64,000 bases of DNA. Origin: Candidatus Moraniibacteriota bacterium (GTDB lineage Bacteria > Patescibacteriota > Minisyncoccia > Moranbacterales > GCA-2747515). Of the stretch, positions 48,750 to 59,253 are shown one piece after another. The translations under genes were made by a program, and so were the position numbers. Within the stretch, counting starts at the first letter, position 1; each line of letters begins with the position of its first letter. The notes under the pieces are model-generated. The model was not told where the DNA came from. It searched no databases and worked only from the letters and a program-made list of their open reading frames with translations. The stretch is taken from positions 13,977 to 77,976 of the forward strand of contig JBBQZC010000001.1 in NCBI GenBank assembly GCA_038208115.1, written 5' to 3'.

Positions 48750-50117
48750 TTATTTTGAATTCACAAGTTTTGACGATTCTTTCAAGTTCTTTTTGACAAA
48801 ATTTACAATTTTTCTCTGTGCAACAGTCTCTTGCGTACCTGTAAGCATGTTTTTGACAATCACTGTCTCATCCAATGCCTCTTGTTGACCGATGATAAGC
48901 GTAAGTTCTACACCGAGCTTATTTGCATGACGTAATTGTGTTTTGAGACTACCACGACCAAAGCTCTCGGCAACTAAAATACCCGATTGTTCAATATCAG
49001 CAAATAATCGCAAACTCTTTTTCTTTGCAAGTTCTCCCAATTGTGCCAAAAATACACGCGGCTGCGGTGATTGGTATTTTTTTGCTTTTACGCGCTTCAT
49101 TTCCATAACCAATCGATCAATGCCAAAAGCAAATCCGATAACAGGCGTAGGTTCACCGCCAAACATTTCTACTAAACCATCAAATCGTCCACCACCACCC
49201 AATGAATGACCTTTACCATCTCCATCACTTGCATAAATCTCAAAAACTGTTCGTGTATAATAATCCAATCCTCGTACGAGTTGCGGATTGATTGTGTATG
49301 GCAAATCTAACTCATCAAGATATTCCAAAAGATTTTTGAAGTGATCACGAGAATCTTTATCTAAATGATCAATAGATTGCGGTGCTCCTGCACATACCTG
49401 CATACATTTATCATCCTTTGCATCAAATATGCGTAATGGGTTTGTTTCAATCATATCTCTAAATCGCGCAGGCAATTTTGCTTTTTTGGAACGAAAATAT
49501 GCCTTTAAAAGTTTTAAATAATCCTTACGTGATTCTGTCGTGCCAATTGAGTTTACATAAAATTGTACATTGTTAATACCAAGGCTCTTTAATACACGAT
49601 GTGCAATTTGCATAACTTGCGCATCCAAGATTGGGTCATCCTCTCCAAAAATATTGAATTCTGTCTGATAAAATTCACGATAACGCCCTTCTTGTGGTCG
49701 ATCATAGCGATATACAGGTCCAAGCGAAAACAATTTGATAGGCTTCGGAAGAATGGACATGCCATGTTGGATATACGCACGACAAATTGACGCTGTCATC
49801 TCAGGACGTAGCGCGACTTGATCACCACCCTTTGTACGAAAAGTATACATTTCCTTATCTACAATATCCGTACCTTCTCCAATTGGACGTGCAAAAATAT
49901 TTTCAAACTCCACAAGCGGCGTGTCTATACGTGAAAAGCCATATTCAATTGATCTTTTTTCAAGCACTTTGCGAATTTGCTGCCAATATGGCTGATCACC
50001 CGGAAGAATATCACGCATACCACGTACGGTCTGTATTACCAATTCTTCTTGCATCTTTGCCGCTGAACGTTTTTTACTCACATTTTTCTGTGCCAATTTT
50101 TGTCGTACCATAAGCAT
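48750..50117 (-). CDS. hisS: Histidine--tRNA ligase
   Basis: RGMRD, LRPEMTAS, RPQEGRYREFYQ, LVRGLDYY, GGGRFD. Confidence 0.97.
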   Translation of the reverse strand: MLMVRQKLAQKNVSKKRSAAKMQEELVIQTVRGMRDILPGDQPYWQQIRKVLEKRSIEYGFSRIDTPLVEFENIFARPIGEGTDIVDKEMYTFRTKGGDQVALRPEMTASICRAYIQHGMSILPKPIKLFSLGPVYRYDRPQEGRYREFYQTEFNIFGEDDPILDAQVMQIAHRVLKSLGINNVQFYVNSIGTTESRKDYLKLLKAYFRSKKAKLPARFRDMIETNPLRIFDAKDDKCMQVCAGAPQSIDHLDKDSRDHFKNLLEYLDELDLPYTINPQLVRGLDYYTRTVFEIYASDGDGKGHSLGGGGRFDGLVEMFGGEPTPVIGFAFGIDRLVMEMKRVKAKKYQSPQPRVFLAQLGELAKKKSLRLFADIEQSGILVAESFGRGSLKTQLRHANKLGVELTLIIGQQEALDETVIVKNMLTGTQETVAQRKIVNFVKKNLKESSKLVNSK

Positions 50118-50150
50118 TGCATCAATTATAATTACACGTTGATTAAATTT

Positions 50151-50753
50151 TTAGAAATAGTGAAGACGACTCGCAGGCCATGCTCGCAACAATACTTTTC
50201 CGATTATTGCCTCTTTATTCAATGGTCCTGACATACGTGAATCACTACTGGCAGGTCGATTGTCACCTAAAACATAATATTCATCTTCTGATAAAATAAC
50301 TTTTTGTGAACCATTTGTTTTACGTCCGTCAGGAAGATATGCACCCTCTTCTAAAACAAAACCATTTGGATTTTCTGCATTTGTGATAATAACCTCTCCA
50401 TTATCGATCTCGACTGTTTCACCTGGTAATCCGACAATTCTTTTGATATAAAATTGCTTCTCATCATGCCATGATCGAAATACGACGACATCCTCTCTTT
50501 TAAGATTTTTATGTGACTCAACTGTCATAAGATCCTTTCCAAGTATCCGTATTGGCGTACTTTTATAACCAAATTCATTGATTACGAGGTATTCCTTTTC
50601 ATGGAAATTTGGCTCCATACTCGCCCCGCGCACAATGAATGGCTGAAATAAAAACATCCGCACTGGCACGATAATCACCAAAGCTAAAAAAAACATCTTT
50701 ACAACTTCAATGATAAAATCCTTCATGTTTTCCTGCTCATGTTGTTCAATCAT
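50151..50753 (-). CDS. lepB: Signal peptidase I (LepB type)
   Basis: GASMEP, YIKRIVGLPGE, GDNR..S.DSR. Confidence 0.93.
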   Translation of the reverse strand: MIEQHEQENMKDFIIEVVKMFFLALVIIVPVRMFLFQPFIVRGASMEPNFHEKEYLVINEFGYKSTPIRILGKDLMTVESHKNLKREDVVVFRSWHDEKQFYIKRIVGLPGETVEIDNGEVIITNAENPNGFVLEEGAYLPDGRKTNGSQKVILSEDEYYVLGDNRPASSDSRMSGPLNKEAIIGKVLLRAWPASRLHYF

Positions 50754-51097
50754 ATATATTGTTTTTATCTATTTTTTAACCATACAGTATAGAAGCACTT
50801 TTGCACATTGTACAAAAGAATTCTACTGTAAACGGAGTTATCATATCACATTTTTTGCTTATGTGCAAACGTTCACACCAACATCACATCTTCAATTATA
50901 TACAGCACTACAATACTGTTTGTTTTTTCTTTCGCGATGATTATGTGTCATTCTCAGTTGTGATTGCAGACACATGACAATGAGAGGCATCATCCTGATC
51001 ATTTATATTTCTATAGACGCTCTCAATCATCAAAAACGCACGATTTTCATGATGAACTCCTAAAAAAAATCCGGACATCGTAGTCCGGATTATTTTT

Positions 51098-51370
51098 TTA
51101 TTCAATGATTGCGATAACGTCTTTTGCATTCACAATTACATAGCTTATTTTTTCAAATGTAACTTCCTCTCCACCATATTTTTTAAATATGACAACGTGA
51201 CCTTTTTTTACTTTAATCTTTTCACTGTCTCCGATTGCTATCACCGTTCCTTGTTGAGAAGGCTCATTTGTTGCATTTTCTGGGATATAGATTCCTGAAG
51301 CAGTCTTTGCCTCTGGTGTTACCATTTTGATTAACACATTTTCACCTAGCGGTGTAATTTTTGTACTCAT
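51098..51370 (-). CDS. groES: Co-chaperonin GroES
   Basis: ITPLG..VL, KTASGIYIP, GTVIAIG, KKYGG.EV; start at MSTKI. Confidence 0.92.
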   Translation of the reverse strand: MSTKITPLGENVLIKMVTPEAKTASGIYIPENATNEPSQQGTVIAIGDSEKIKVKKGHVVIFKKYGGEEVTFEKISYVIVNAKDVIAIIE

Positions 51371-51424
51371 ATCGCATTTTTTTACTAATAAAATTATATT
51401 ATACTTCGTATAGTATAACAAAAA

Positions 51425-51451
51425 TTAGCACTCAGTCAAGTGAAGTGCTAA
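51425..51451. promoter_or_regulatory. CIRCE element (HrcA operator) overlapping the groES -35 box
   Basis: TTAGCACTC-N9-AAGTGCTAA (one mismatch to consensus); TTGACT-N16-TATACT on the minus strand. Confidence 0.88.
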
Positions 51452-51484
51452 TTTTATGCCACTGATGCTATTTTATACAAGACC

Positions 51485-52783
51485 TTACTTCACGCTCATT
51501 TTTTGCTTAACAATTTCAATTGCCTTATCGAGCTGTGGGTCTTGATTATTTTTGTAATTTTCTTCTGTGTATTCTACAACCTCATCAGGATCAATGCCTT
51601 TTTTGTTAATTTGATCACCATTCGGTGTAAGCCATTTAGCCACTGTGATTTTTGCTGCAGTGGTTGTGCTTGTTGGTATCAACTCTTGCACTGATCCTTT
51701 CCCATATGATTTTTTTCCAATGAGTACCACATCTTCACGATGATCACGAAGTGCTCCCGCCAAAATTTCTGATGCACTTGCACTACCTTCATTGATTAAA
51801 ACCACTACAGGCATATCGAGAAATGGATGCGCCCCTGAAGTATATAAATTTGTACGCTTGTCTTGTGCATCTTGTTCGATCACAACAACAGAATTATCTG
51901 GTAAAAATTTACTCGCAATCACCGTAGCTGTGTGCAATATGCCACCTGGATTATTTCGTACATCTACGATAATAGCTTTTGACCCATGATTCATCACATC
52001 AGAAATTGCCTGATTAAATTCGCGAATAGTATTTTCACCAAATTGTAATATTTTAATCTGAGCAATATCTCCTTCTAAAAATGATACTCGCACACTATCC
52101 AAACGGATTGTATCACGCAAAACAACAATCTCCTGTGTATCGCCGACACCATCATTTAATCGAAATATGCGCAATTTTAACTCCGTCCCCTTTGGGCCAC
52201 GCATTTTTTTAACCGCCTCATCTATCGTCATATCTGATGTTGTTTGACCATCAATCTCCACAATCTTATCACCTGCACGAATACCCGCTTTTTGCGCTGG
52301 GGAATCTTCGAGAGGTGTGACAATTGTGACAATATTGTCTTTCATATCGACTTCTGCTCCAATTCCTTCAAAGCTACCGTTCAATTCTTCATTAAGAGCA
52401 CTAAACTGCTCTGAATCGAGAAATACGGTATATGGATCACCTGTTGCAGATAACATCCCATTGATCGCACCATTGATCATATCTTCCGCCTTCAATTGAT
52501 CATGATCAACATATTTCTCTTTAACCAAATCCCACACATCCCAAAATAGAGCAAAATCTACGTTTTTATCTCCATCTTTATTTTCCACAACAGCGAGATC
52601 AAAGGGCACATTTTTCTCTCCATGATCTTTACCGATACTAAATCCGAAAATAAAGAATATTCCCGAAAAAAATACTGCGATAAGCATTGTTAAAATATGT
52701 GACGTGATCTTGCTTTTTTTATGCGCTTTTACGACTACTTCCTTATTAATTTCTTGATCCATTTTTTTATTATAAATTTTCAA
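51485..52783 (-). CDS. ctpA: S41 carboxyl-terminal protease (PDZ)
   Basis: DPYT, GIGA, DVRNNPGG, SASASEI, GKGSVQ. Confidence 0.92.
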   Translation of the reverse strand: MKIYNKKMDQEINKEVVVKAHKKSKITSHILTMLIAVFFSGIFFIFGFSIGKDHGEKNVPFDLAVVENKDGDKNVDFALFWDVWDLVKEKYVDHDQLKAEDMINGAINGMLSATGDPYTVFLDSEQFSALNEELNGSFEGIGAEVDMKDNIVTIVTPLEDSPAQKAGIRAGDKIVEIDGQTTSDMTIDEAVKKMRGPKGTELKLRIFRLNDGVGDTQEIVVLRDTIRLDSVRVSFLEGDIAQIKILQFGENTIREFNQAISDVMNHGSKAIIVDVRNNPGGILHTATVIASKFLPDNSVVVIEQDAQDKRTNLYTSGAHPFLDMPVVVLINEGSASASEILAGALRDHREDVVLIGKKSYGKGSVQELIPTSTTTAAKITVAKWLTPNGDQINKKGIDPDEVVEYTEENYKNNQDPQLDKAIEIVKQKMSVK

Positions 52784-53591
52784 TTATTTTTGGGACTGGT
52801 CTACCTCGATATTTCTTAAAATATTTTATACCACTTGCAATATGAATCCACGTCAGCCGATTAAACAGTAGCCCCTTCAATATACCACCTTTTGCACTGC
52901 CCTTTCCATAAAAATGATACATTGTTACTTGTGGATTATAGCATACAATATATCCTTTTTCCCAAAATCGTCGACACCAGTCAACATCTTCCATATACAT
53001 GAAAAAACGCTGATCCATCTTACCGACATCTTCCATCGCCGACCGTCGCACAAACATTGCACTTCCGATCACCCACTCTACTGGATACGGCTCTGACCTA
53101 TTCACATCTTTCATTTCAAAATGTGCAAGATGCTTTTGTGCAAAAAGAAAGCGCTTTAAAAATGTACGACGATACACAATTGTCATCGGTTGATAAAAGC
53201 GAAATCGTGTATTTTCATATTTACCGTTGAAATTCTTTTGTTTTGGTGCACAAAGACCGACGCGTGTGTGTGCATCCATAAACTCTATAAGACGAGAAAC
53301 TGTTTCTTTTTCTAAAACTGTATCGGGATTGATGAAAAAAACATATTCACCCTTTACTCTGTCAATACATGCATTGACCATTGCACCAAATCCTACATTT
53401 TCTTTATGTGGAATAAAAATCGCCTCAGGAAAATCCTCTCGCATCATCATGATCATATCATCTTCCGTTGCACAATCAGCAACAATTAACTCATGATCGA
53501 TATTTTTACAATGTTCTCGAACAGACTGTAGACACAAAGAGAGCATTTCCGGATTTTTATAACTCTGCACTGCAATAGAAACTTTTGGCAT
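52770..53591 (-). CDS. GT2 glycosyltransferase (rhamnosyltransferase-like)
   Basis: N.GFG...N, INPD, FFMYMEDVDWC. Confidence 0.88.
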   Translation of the reverse strand: MPKVSIAVQSYKNPEMLSLCLQSVREHCKNIDHELIVADCATEDDMIMMMREDFPEAIFIPHKENVGFGAMVNACIDRVKGEYVFFINPDTVLEKETVSRLIEFMDAHTRVGLCAPKQKNFNGKYENTRFRFYQPMTIVYRRTFLKRFLFAQKHLAHFEMKDVNRSEPYPVEWVIGSAMFVRRSAMEDVGKMDQRFFMYMEDVDWCRRFWEKGYIVCYNPQVTMYHFYGKGSAKGGILKGLLFNRLTWIHIASGIKYFKKYRGRPVPKIIENL

Positions 53592-53666
53592 GAAATTTTA
53601 GTATACAAGTAAATCGTATTTTTGATATATGAAATTTTCATTGATAATAAACTGATGTACTATTTA

Positions 53667-54827
53667 TTAAATAATACTAGTAAATAGTTCTCGAATGCGA
53701 TCATATGAATCTCCGCGAGGCATAAGTATATATCCACGCTCATCACCCTCATGTGAATACAAAAGACCTTCTTCTGAGTTTTCCAAGACTTTGTGTGTCA
53801 CAGGAATATCATTACCCATCTTTTGATAAAGCTCAAAGAATCGTTGCATCTCCCAAAGCTCCATATCCGTATTTGTATTATCACTCAATGCGCCAATCAA
53901 CTCTTGCACCTTGCCAAAATCAGATAAAACTCCCATCGAAAAGGCTTTTGTCTTGATCTGTCCAATAACATCCTGTTGACGTCGCGCACGATCAAAATCA
54001 CTAGATGTTGCACGAGCACGCACATAACACAAAGCTCTATCACCATTAAGGATCGAAACACCCGCAGACACTTTGAACACACCGCCACACTCTTCTTGTG
54101 CATTATAACAGAGTGGGTATTGTGCAACTACCTTGCCACGGTCATTTGTTTTTGTCTCAAATTGCCCACTTTTTACAGTGAATACACGCGGATCACATAC
54201 TTTTGCCTCATGAAATTGCACTGGCTCGATGAACTCTTCTGCAAGATTGACTTCCACGCCACCCAAAGTATCCACGATCCTTTTAAATCCTTCAAAATTA
54301 ATCTCTACTGCATAATGCATTGGTTGACCAGTGATATCTTGCAGGATCTGTTTCATTGCTTCCATACCTTGACCATCACCTTTTTGCTCACCGTATGCAT
54401 ACACACCATTTATTTTTGTGTAATTTGTTGTTCCAGGAATTGTGACATAGAGATCACGTGGCACTGACACCATTGATGCCTTATATTCTTTATCACCTTC
54501 AGCATTCTCTGCAATACGAATACTCAAAATCATGATTGTATCCGCAAGTGTCCCACCACCAACAACGCCTTTTCCACGCATACCCAAAAGCACGACATTT
54601 ACACGCCCGTCCTTTTCACCGTCAATTTTATTTTCTGCAAGTGGTAAATTCTTCATCAAACTACCCAAAACATTACTATTTGGTGCAATCTTATCAATTA
54701 CTTTTACTGCAGCAAAAGCACAACCGCCAATAAGAAAAATACAAATAGCAGCAATTACAAGTCGCCTCTTTGTTTTACTTGCTTGCTGACCGTTTTTGGC
54801 ATTATTTTGTCGCGTATTTGGGATCAT
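53667..54827 (-). CDS. LCP (LytR-CpsA-Psr) family protein
   Basis: N-terminal TM, LADTIM, SVPRDLYV, KIN..Y, SDFDRARRQQ. Confidence 0.9.
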   Translation of the reverse strand: MIPNTRQNNAKNGQQASKTKRRLVIAAICIFLIGGCAFAAVKVIDKIAPNSNVLGSLMKNLPLAENKIDGEKDGRVNVVLLGMRGKGVVGGGTLADTIMILSIRIAENAEGDKEYKASMVSVPRDLYVTIPGTTNYTKINGVYAYGEQKGDGQGMEAMKQILQDITGQPMHYAVEINFEGFKRIVDTLGGVEVNLAEEFIEPVQFHEAKVCDPRVFTVKSGQFETKTNDRGKVVAQYPLCYNAQEECGGVFKVSAGVSILNGDRALCYVRARATSSDFDRARRQQDVIGQIKTKAFSMGVLSDFGKVQELIGALSDNTNTDMELWEMQRFFELYQKMGNDIPVTHKVLENSEEGLLYSHEGDERGYILMPRGDSYDRIRELFTSII

Positions 54828-54903
54828 AATTCTCTAAAATAAATATTACTATTGAATGATATGTAAAAAAGCGTCTTCTGCCTTGTATTCATAAAAAAAC
54901 ACT

Positions 54904-56028
54904 CTACTCAAGCGATTGATACAATCTCATGAGTTTTTGAGCAGAGATTCCCCATGAAAATCGATTTTCATGCGTCATCGTCAAAATATCACTTTTTATC
55001 TTATCATTATCTAAAACATCATACAACATTTTTTTACATTGGTCAAGACTCCTTGGATCAAAGAAAAAAACACCGCGATCCGCAATTTCTCGATGTGATG
55101 GAATATCACTCGCCACCACACACGTACCCATAGAACGTGCCTCTAAAATCGGTATACCAAAACCTTCATATAGAGATGGAAATACAAAAATTTCGGCGTT
55201 TTTATACAATACACACTTCTCTACATCTGGTGCATACCCTGTCAAAATGATGCGATTTTGTATATGTGGATATCGCGCAATCGCATTATCGATCGCACGA
55301 TCAAAATTATGTGATCGCTTACCTACTAATACGAGGAGAAGATCTTTTTTTTCTTGTGCAATTTCCGCAAAAGCCTCAATAAGAAATGGGATGTTTTTTC
55401 GTGGTTGCATCGTGCCAAGAGCCATAATATATCTTCCTGGCAATGTGTACTTCTCTCTCACAGACATTTCGTCGGTATGTGAATCACAATGCATACTTAC
55501 CGCGTTATAAATCACATGCACTTTTTCATTTGCACAATGATAATATTTTATGATTTCATCTTTGGTAAACTGCGACACTGCAATCACACAATGCGATTTT
55601 TTGATAGCATGCGGAATGAGCAGGTTAAGAAAAAAAGCATCTGTCTTTTTTATCATCTCTTTATGTACACGAAAAGATACATCATGAATATGTGTCACAA
55701 CTTTTACTGTCCTTGGCATAAAAAAAGGAATAATATATTGTGTGTGATAAATATCAATTTTTTCTCTTTTGCAGTATTGTGGTACGCTCCATAAGTTCCA
55801 TGTAAACTTATTCCCTGAACCGATTTGCACAACAATAAAATTTTTCTTTTGCACAATGCCAAGTCGATTGATCACATGTGCGAGATTTTCTGGTATACGT
55901 GTATCGATCAGTAAATGATATGTGTTTTTATCATCATAAAGCGCAAGATGGCGCACCAATTCAAAAAAGACCACCTCATCTCCCGTGCGTCCCTTTCCAA
56001 TATTTCGTATATCAATCGCGATTTTCAT
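54904..56028 (-). CDS. GT4 glycosyltransferase
   Basis: HDV, PRKN, FPSLYEGFGIPILEA. Confidence 0.9.
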   Translation of the reverse strand: MKIAIDIRNIGKGRTGDEVVFFELVRHLALYDDKNTYHLLIDTRIPENLAHVINRLGIVQKKNFIVVQIGSGNKFTWNLWSVPQYCKREKIDIYHTQYIIPFFMPRTVKVVTHIHDVSFRVHKEMIKKTDAFFLNLLIPHAIKKSHCVIAVSQFTKDEIIKYYHCANEKVHVIYNAVSMHCDSHTDEMSVREKYTLPGRYIMALGTMQPRKNIPFLIEAFAEIAQEKKDLLLVLVGKRSHNFDRAIDNAIARYPHIQNRIILTGYAPDVEKCVLYKNAEIFVFPSLYEGFGIPILEARSMGTCVVASDIPSHREIADRGVFFFDPRSLDQCKKMLYDVLDNDKIKSDILTMTHENRFSWGISAQKLMRLYQSLE

Positions 56029-56123
56029 ATAAAAATAAATCCTAATATTATTACAAGCATATCATATCTACACAAAGAAAAACAGGACCGTAGCGACGAC
56101 CCTGCTTAGTACATGTGCTTTTT

Positions 56124-56315
56124 TTAATCCAGTAGGATTATATTAGGAATATTTCCATTGTGCAAAAGTTGTCGATATTCCTCTGCATCCAATCTTGCGC
56201 GCAACGCACCGGTTTGTACATCAATTGCATGAAATTGTTTTGTTTCACCATGCATGATTATATTACACTCAAATACATTGTCGCCACAATCCACAGATAC
56301 CCAAGAAAGACTCAT
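56124..56315 (-). CDS. Small hypothetical protein
   Basis: 63 aa with upstream purine-rich SD-like AGAAGGGGGTG. Confidence 0.45.
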   Translation of the reverse strand: MSLSWVSVDCGDNVFECNIIMHGETKQFHAIDVQTGALRARLDAEEYRQLLHNGNIPNIILLD

Positions 56316-56376
56316 CGTGTTTCATCACCCCCTTCTGATTATTTTTTAAAAAAATCTTTTTGTGATATTCATAAAA

Positions 56377-57921
56377 TTACAACTTATTAAACAAAATTGC
56401 AACCATGCCAAAATAAATCCAGATAAATCCCAAAAACAATCCTGTGTTGAAAAAATTTGGCACTATGATCGCCACGGTACCTAAGATACCAAAAAGTGCA
56501 ACGGCATTAGTCATCATGTCATAATTCTGATAAAAAACATATCCAGATCGCATTATGATTACTATAAAAATGAGCATCAAAATTCCTGCTCCTATGATCC
56601 CAATAGATAATGCTGTTTCAAAGAAAATATTACTTGCATTTAGAGGCGTACCGCGTTCATCCGTGCCCAAAATGACACTACTGCTTCCCCACCCAGTACC
56701 TATCATCATATTTTCTTTGATCGAACGAAACGTTTTGGTATAAATCGTCTTTCTAATCGCAACTGTCGGATCATCACGATAGATCATAATAACTGGACGT
56801 CCTGCAGAAACTTCTGATGCAACTTCTTCCACATTTATATGACGGCATGCATACGCAGATAATTCATCGATTGATGTTATATGTCCTTTTCTTTCCAATG
56901 TTTCTGCATATTTTACATCATCACACGATACTGTAATTTCTTGCTGTCCCGTGCCAAGGCTCGAAACACGATCATCAAGTGCAAAATTGGTAACCTGGAA
57001 AACCGTAACAAAACCACTCCCCAGAAGCACTAAGCTACCTGTCCATAAAGCATGTCGAGCACACATTTTGTATTTCCTTTGTAAAAAAATAATACTGAGA
57101 TATATGACGCTAACAACGATCATCCCGAGCCACGCGCTGCGCGCAGCTGTGATGATGACTGCTGACACAATTGTAAAAGTTGCCCCATACAAAGCAATAT
57201 CAAAAAACTTCCATACATGTTTATGATGCGCATTATAATAGAGATATGCAAGACACATTGCAAAAACAAATACCAAATACATCCCAAGCCAATCTGGTTC
57301 CATAAATGTTGCATTTGATCTTCCAGGCATCACTTCATGTTGCATCAATCCCTGAAAATATAATACATTTTCACCAATCGCATATAATGCAATTACCCAT
57401 CCACTCCCTATCATAATCGGAAAAAGACCAAGCACATCCTTAATCTGCTTCACATAGACCCGAACAACAAAAAATAACACGCCATAAGATAAAAGAATGA
57501 TTGTTTGTCGTAATGAAATTCCGACATCCGTTGCACCTGCAAGGACGCCAAAGCTTAAACCAATAAATATACCGATGAGCGCATCTAGTGAATGCCACTT
57601 AAAAGTAATTTTTTGTCCACGCATATAGCGTGAGAAGATACCTATAAAGCATGCAATCCCAAAAAGCTGGTATGGTCGTAAGACTACAGAATAACTCGGC
57701 GGAATAAGTGTCATAATTTCCACAGGAATCACTGCAATAAACAATACAAAAGCAATGGCGGGTCGAAAAATTGAAAAAGCAATCACTGCACAAATGATAC
57801 TTATTGATACAAAAATATTTATATGAACAAGTACATCAAAATGATATATCCCCACAATCAAAAACAGTACCACCGTTGATAATATAGTAAGCATTCTCTT
57901 ATTTACTCCGTACGTATCCAT
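56377..57921 (-). CDS. O-antigen ligase/Wzy-like polytopic membrane protein
   Basis: Many TMs, R..ATF.EPDW, T.ARSAW, GTGWG, NIF.E. Confidence 0.82.
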   Translation of the reverse strand: MDTYGVNKRMLTILSTVVLFLIVGIYHFDVLVHINIFVSISIICAVIAFSIFRPAIAFVLFIAVIPVEIMTLIPPSYSVVLRPYQLFGIACFIGIFSRYMRGQKITFKWHSLDALIGIFIGLSFGVLAGATDVGISLRQTIILLSYGVLFFVVRVYVKQIKDVLGLFPIMIGSGWVIALYAIGENVLYFQGLMQHEVMPGRSNATFMEPDWLGMYLVFVFAMCLAYLYYNAHHKHVWKFFDIALYGATFTIVSAVIITAARSAWLGMIVVSVIYLSIIFLQRKYKMCARHALWTGSLVLLGSGFVTVFQVTNFALDDRVSSLGTGQQEITVSCDDVKYAETLERKGHITSIDELSAYACRHINVEEVASEVSAGRPVIMIYRDDPTVAIRKTIYTKTFRSIKENMMIGTGWGSSSVILGTDERGTPLNASNIFFETALSIGIIGAGILMLIFIVIIMRSGYVFYQNYDMMTNAVALFGILGTVAIIVPNFFNTGLFLGFIWIYFGMVAILFNKL

Positions 57922-57924
57922 ATT

Positions 57925-59076
57925 TTATATTGTACTCACTTCTCGAATCTTTTCAACAAATTTTGTCCAAGAAAAAATCTGCGCACGCTCTTTGCTTGCA
58001 TAGCTCATTTTTTCTTGTAATGCAGAATTTGTGATAATCTCTCGCATCGCATCACATAGTTGCGCATCATCATGGTTTACATAGCGGACTGCATCTCCAC
58101 CTACCTCACGGAGACTCGTATCACTAGATGTAATGACTGGCGTACCAATCGTCATAGCCTCTAATACTGGCATACCGAATCCCTCATATGACGAAGGAAA
58201 AATAAACACTTGCGCACCTTTATATAAAGCTGGTAAATCCACCTGATCCACAAAACCGAGAATCTTGACATGATCTACCAATCCAAGATCATAAACAACT
58301 TGCTCCACATCTGTGATCAGCGGAGCTAAGTGCGGCAATAATTTACCCGACACAACTAAATCTGGTGCATTAGGAATCTGTTCTCTCAACATTTTGTACG
58401 CACGCAATGTACGATCTACATTTTTACGCACTTCCAATCCGCCACCAGTATACATGTATTTTTTATACGCTAAATTATATTTCTGCATCACGTGTTGTAT
58501 TTCATCATCCACAACGTCCCTTGTAAATATTGGATCCACCGCTATTGGAGCAACTGTGATTTTTGTCGCTTTAATATTTAATTTATCTTCAAGATCGCTC
58601 TTTGTGTATTCTGATACGGCAACAATGGAGCTGGCAGAATACATCCCTATTTCAACACGCTCCCAATACAATTTCTTACGCAAATTATTTATATATTCTG
58701 GGCACGCATGTGGAATCACATCATGCACGATCATTACATGTTTCATGTCAATATATTTAATCACTGTTGCTGACTGATACAAGCTAATAAATACATCACA
58801 ATGATCACGATGTGCTTTATGCAGAAGACTATATTTTTCCCACAGTAATTTCCGAAACAAATCATCTCGACGATAAAACGGCAAAAAAGATCTCACAATA
58901 AAATTCTTTGGCAATTTTATATCAATAGGATCTTCGGTGTAAATAAAAAATTTATGATTTCTCAATGAACGATTTGATTTTACTTGTTTTGCAAGTTCTG
59001 TAAGGAAATGCAAAGTCACTTGACCAATGCCATTTCCTGGCTTTCGCAGAAATGATGCGTTAATACCAATATTCAT
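57925..59076 (-). CDS. GT4 glycosyltransferase
   Basis: HDVIP, RKN, FPSSYEGFGMPVLEA. Confidence 0.9.
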   Translation of the reverse strand: MNIGINASFLRKPGNGIGQVTLHFLTELAKQVKSNRSLRNHKFFIYTEDPIDIKLPKNFIVRSFLPFYRRDDLFRKLLWEKYSLLHKAHRDHCDVFISLYQSATVIKYIDMKHVMIVHDVIPHACPEYINNLRKKLYWERVEIGMYSASSIVAVSEYTKSDLEDKLNIKATKITVAPIAVDPIFTRDVVDDEIQHVMQKYNLAYKKYMYTGGGLEVRKNVDRTLRAYKMLREQIPNAPDLVVSGKLLPHLAPLITDVEQVVYDLGLVDHVKILGFVDQVDLPALYKGAQVFIFPSSYEGFGMPVLEAMTIGTPVITSSDTSLREVGGDAVRYVNHDDAQLCDAMREIITNSALQEKMSYASKERAQIFSWTKFVEKIREVSTI

Positions 59077-59253
59077 AATACGCCCCTATTCAATTATTAT
59101 TGATAATCCATAAAATGAATGTAAAACTTTCACTTATCATTATACACCCTTATACATCCACACTCAAACGTATAGTTTTACACACTTTTGTAAATATAGC
59201 AAAATACTGTATGATGTAGTGAAGTATAAATAATAATCTATAAATATAACCTT

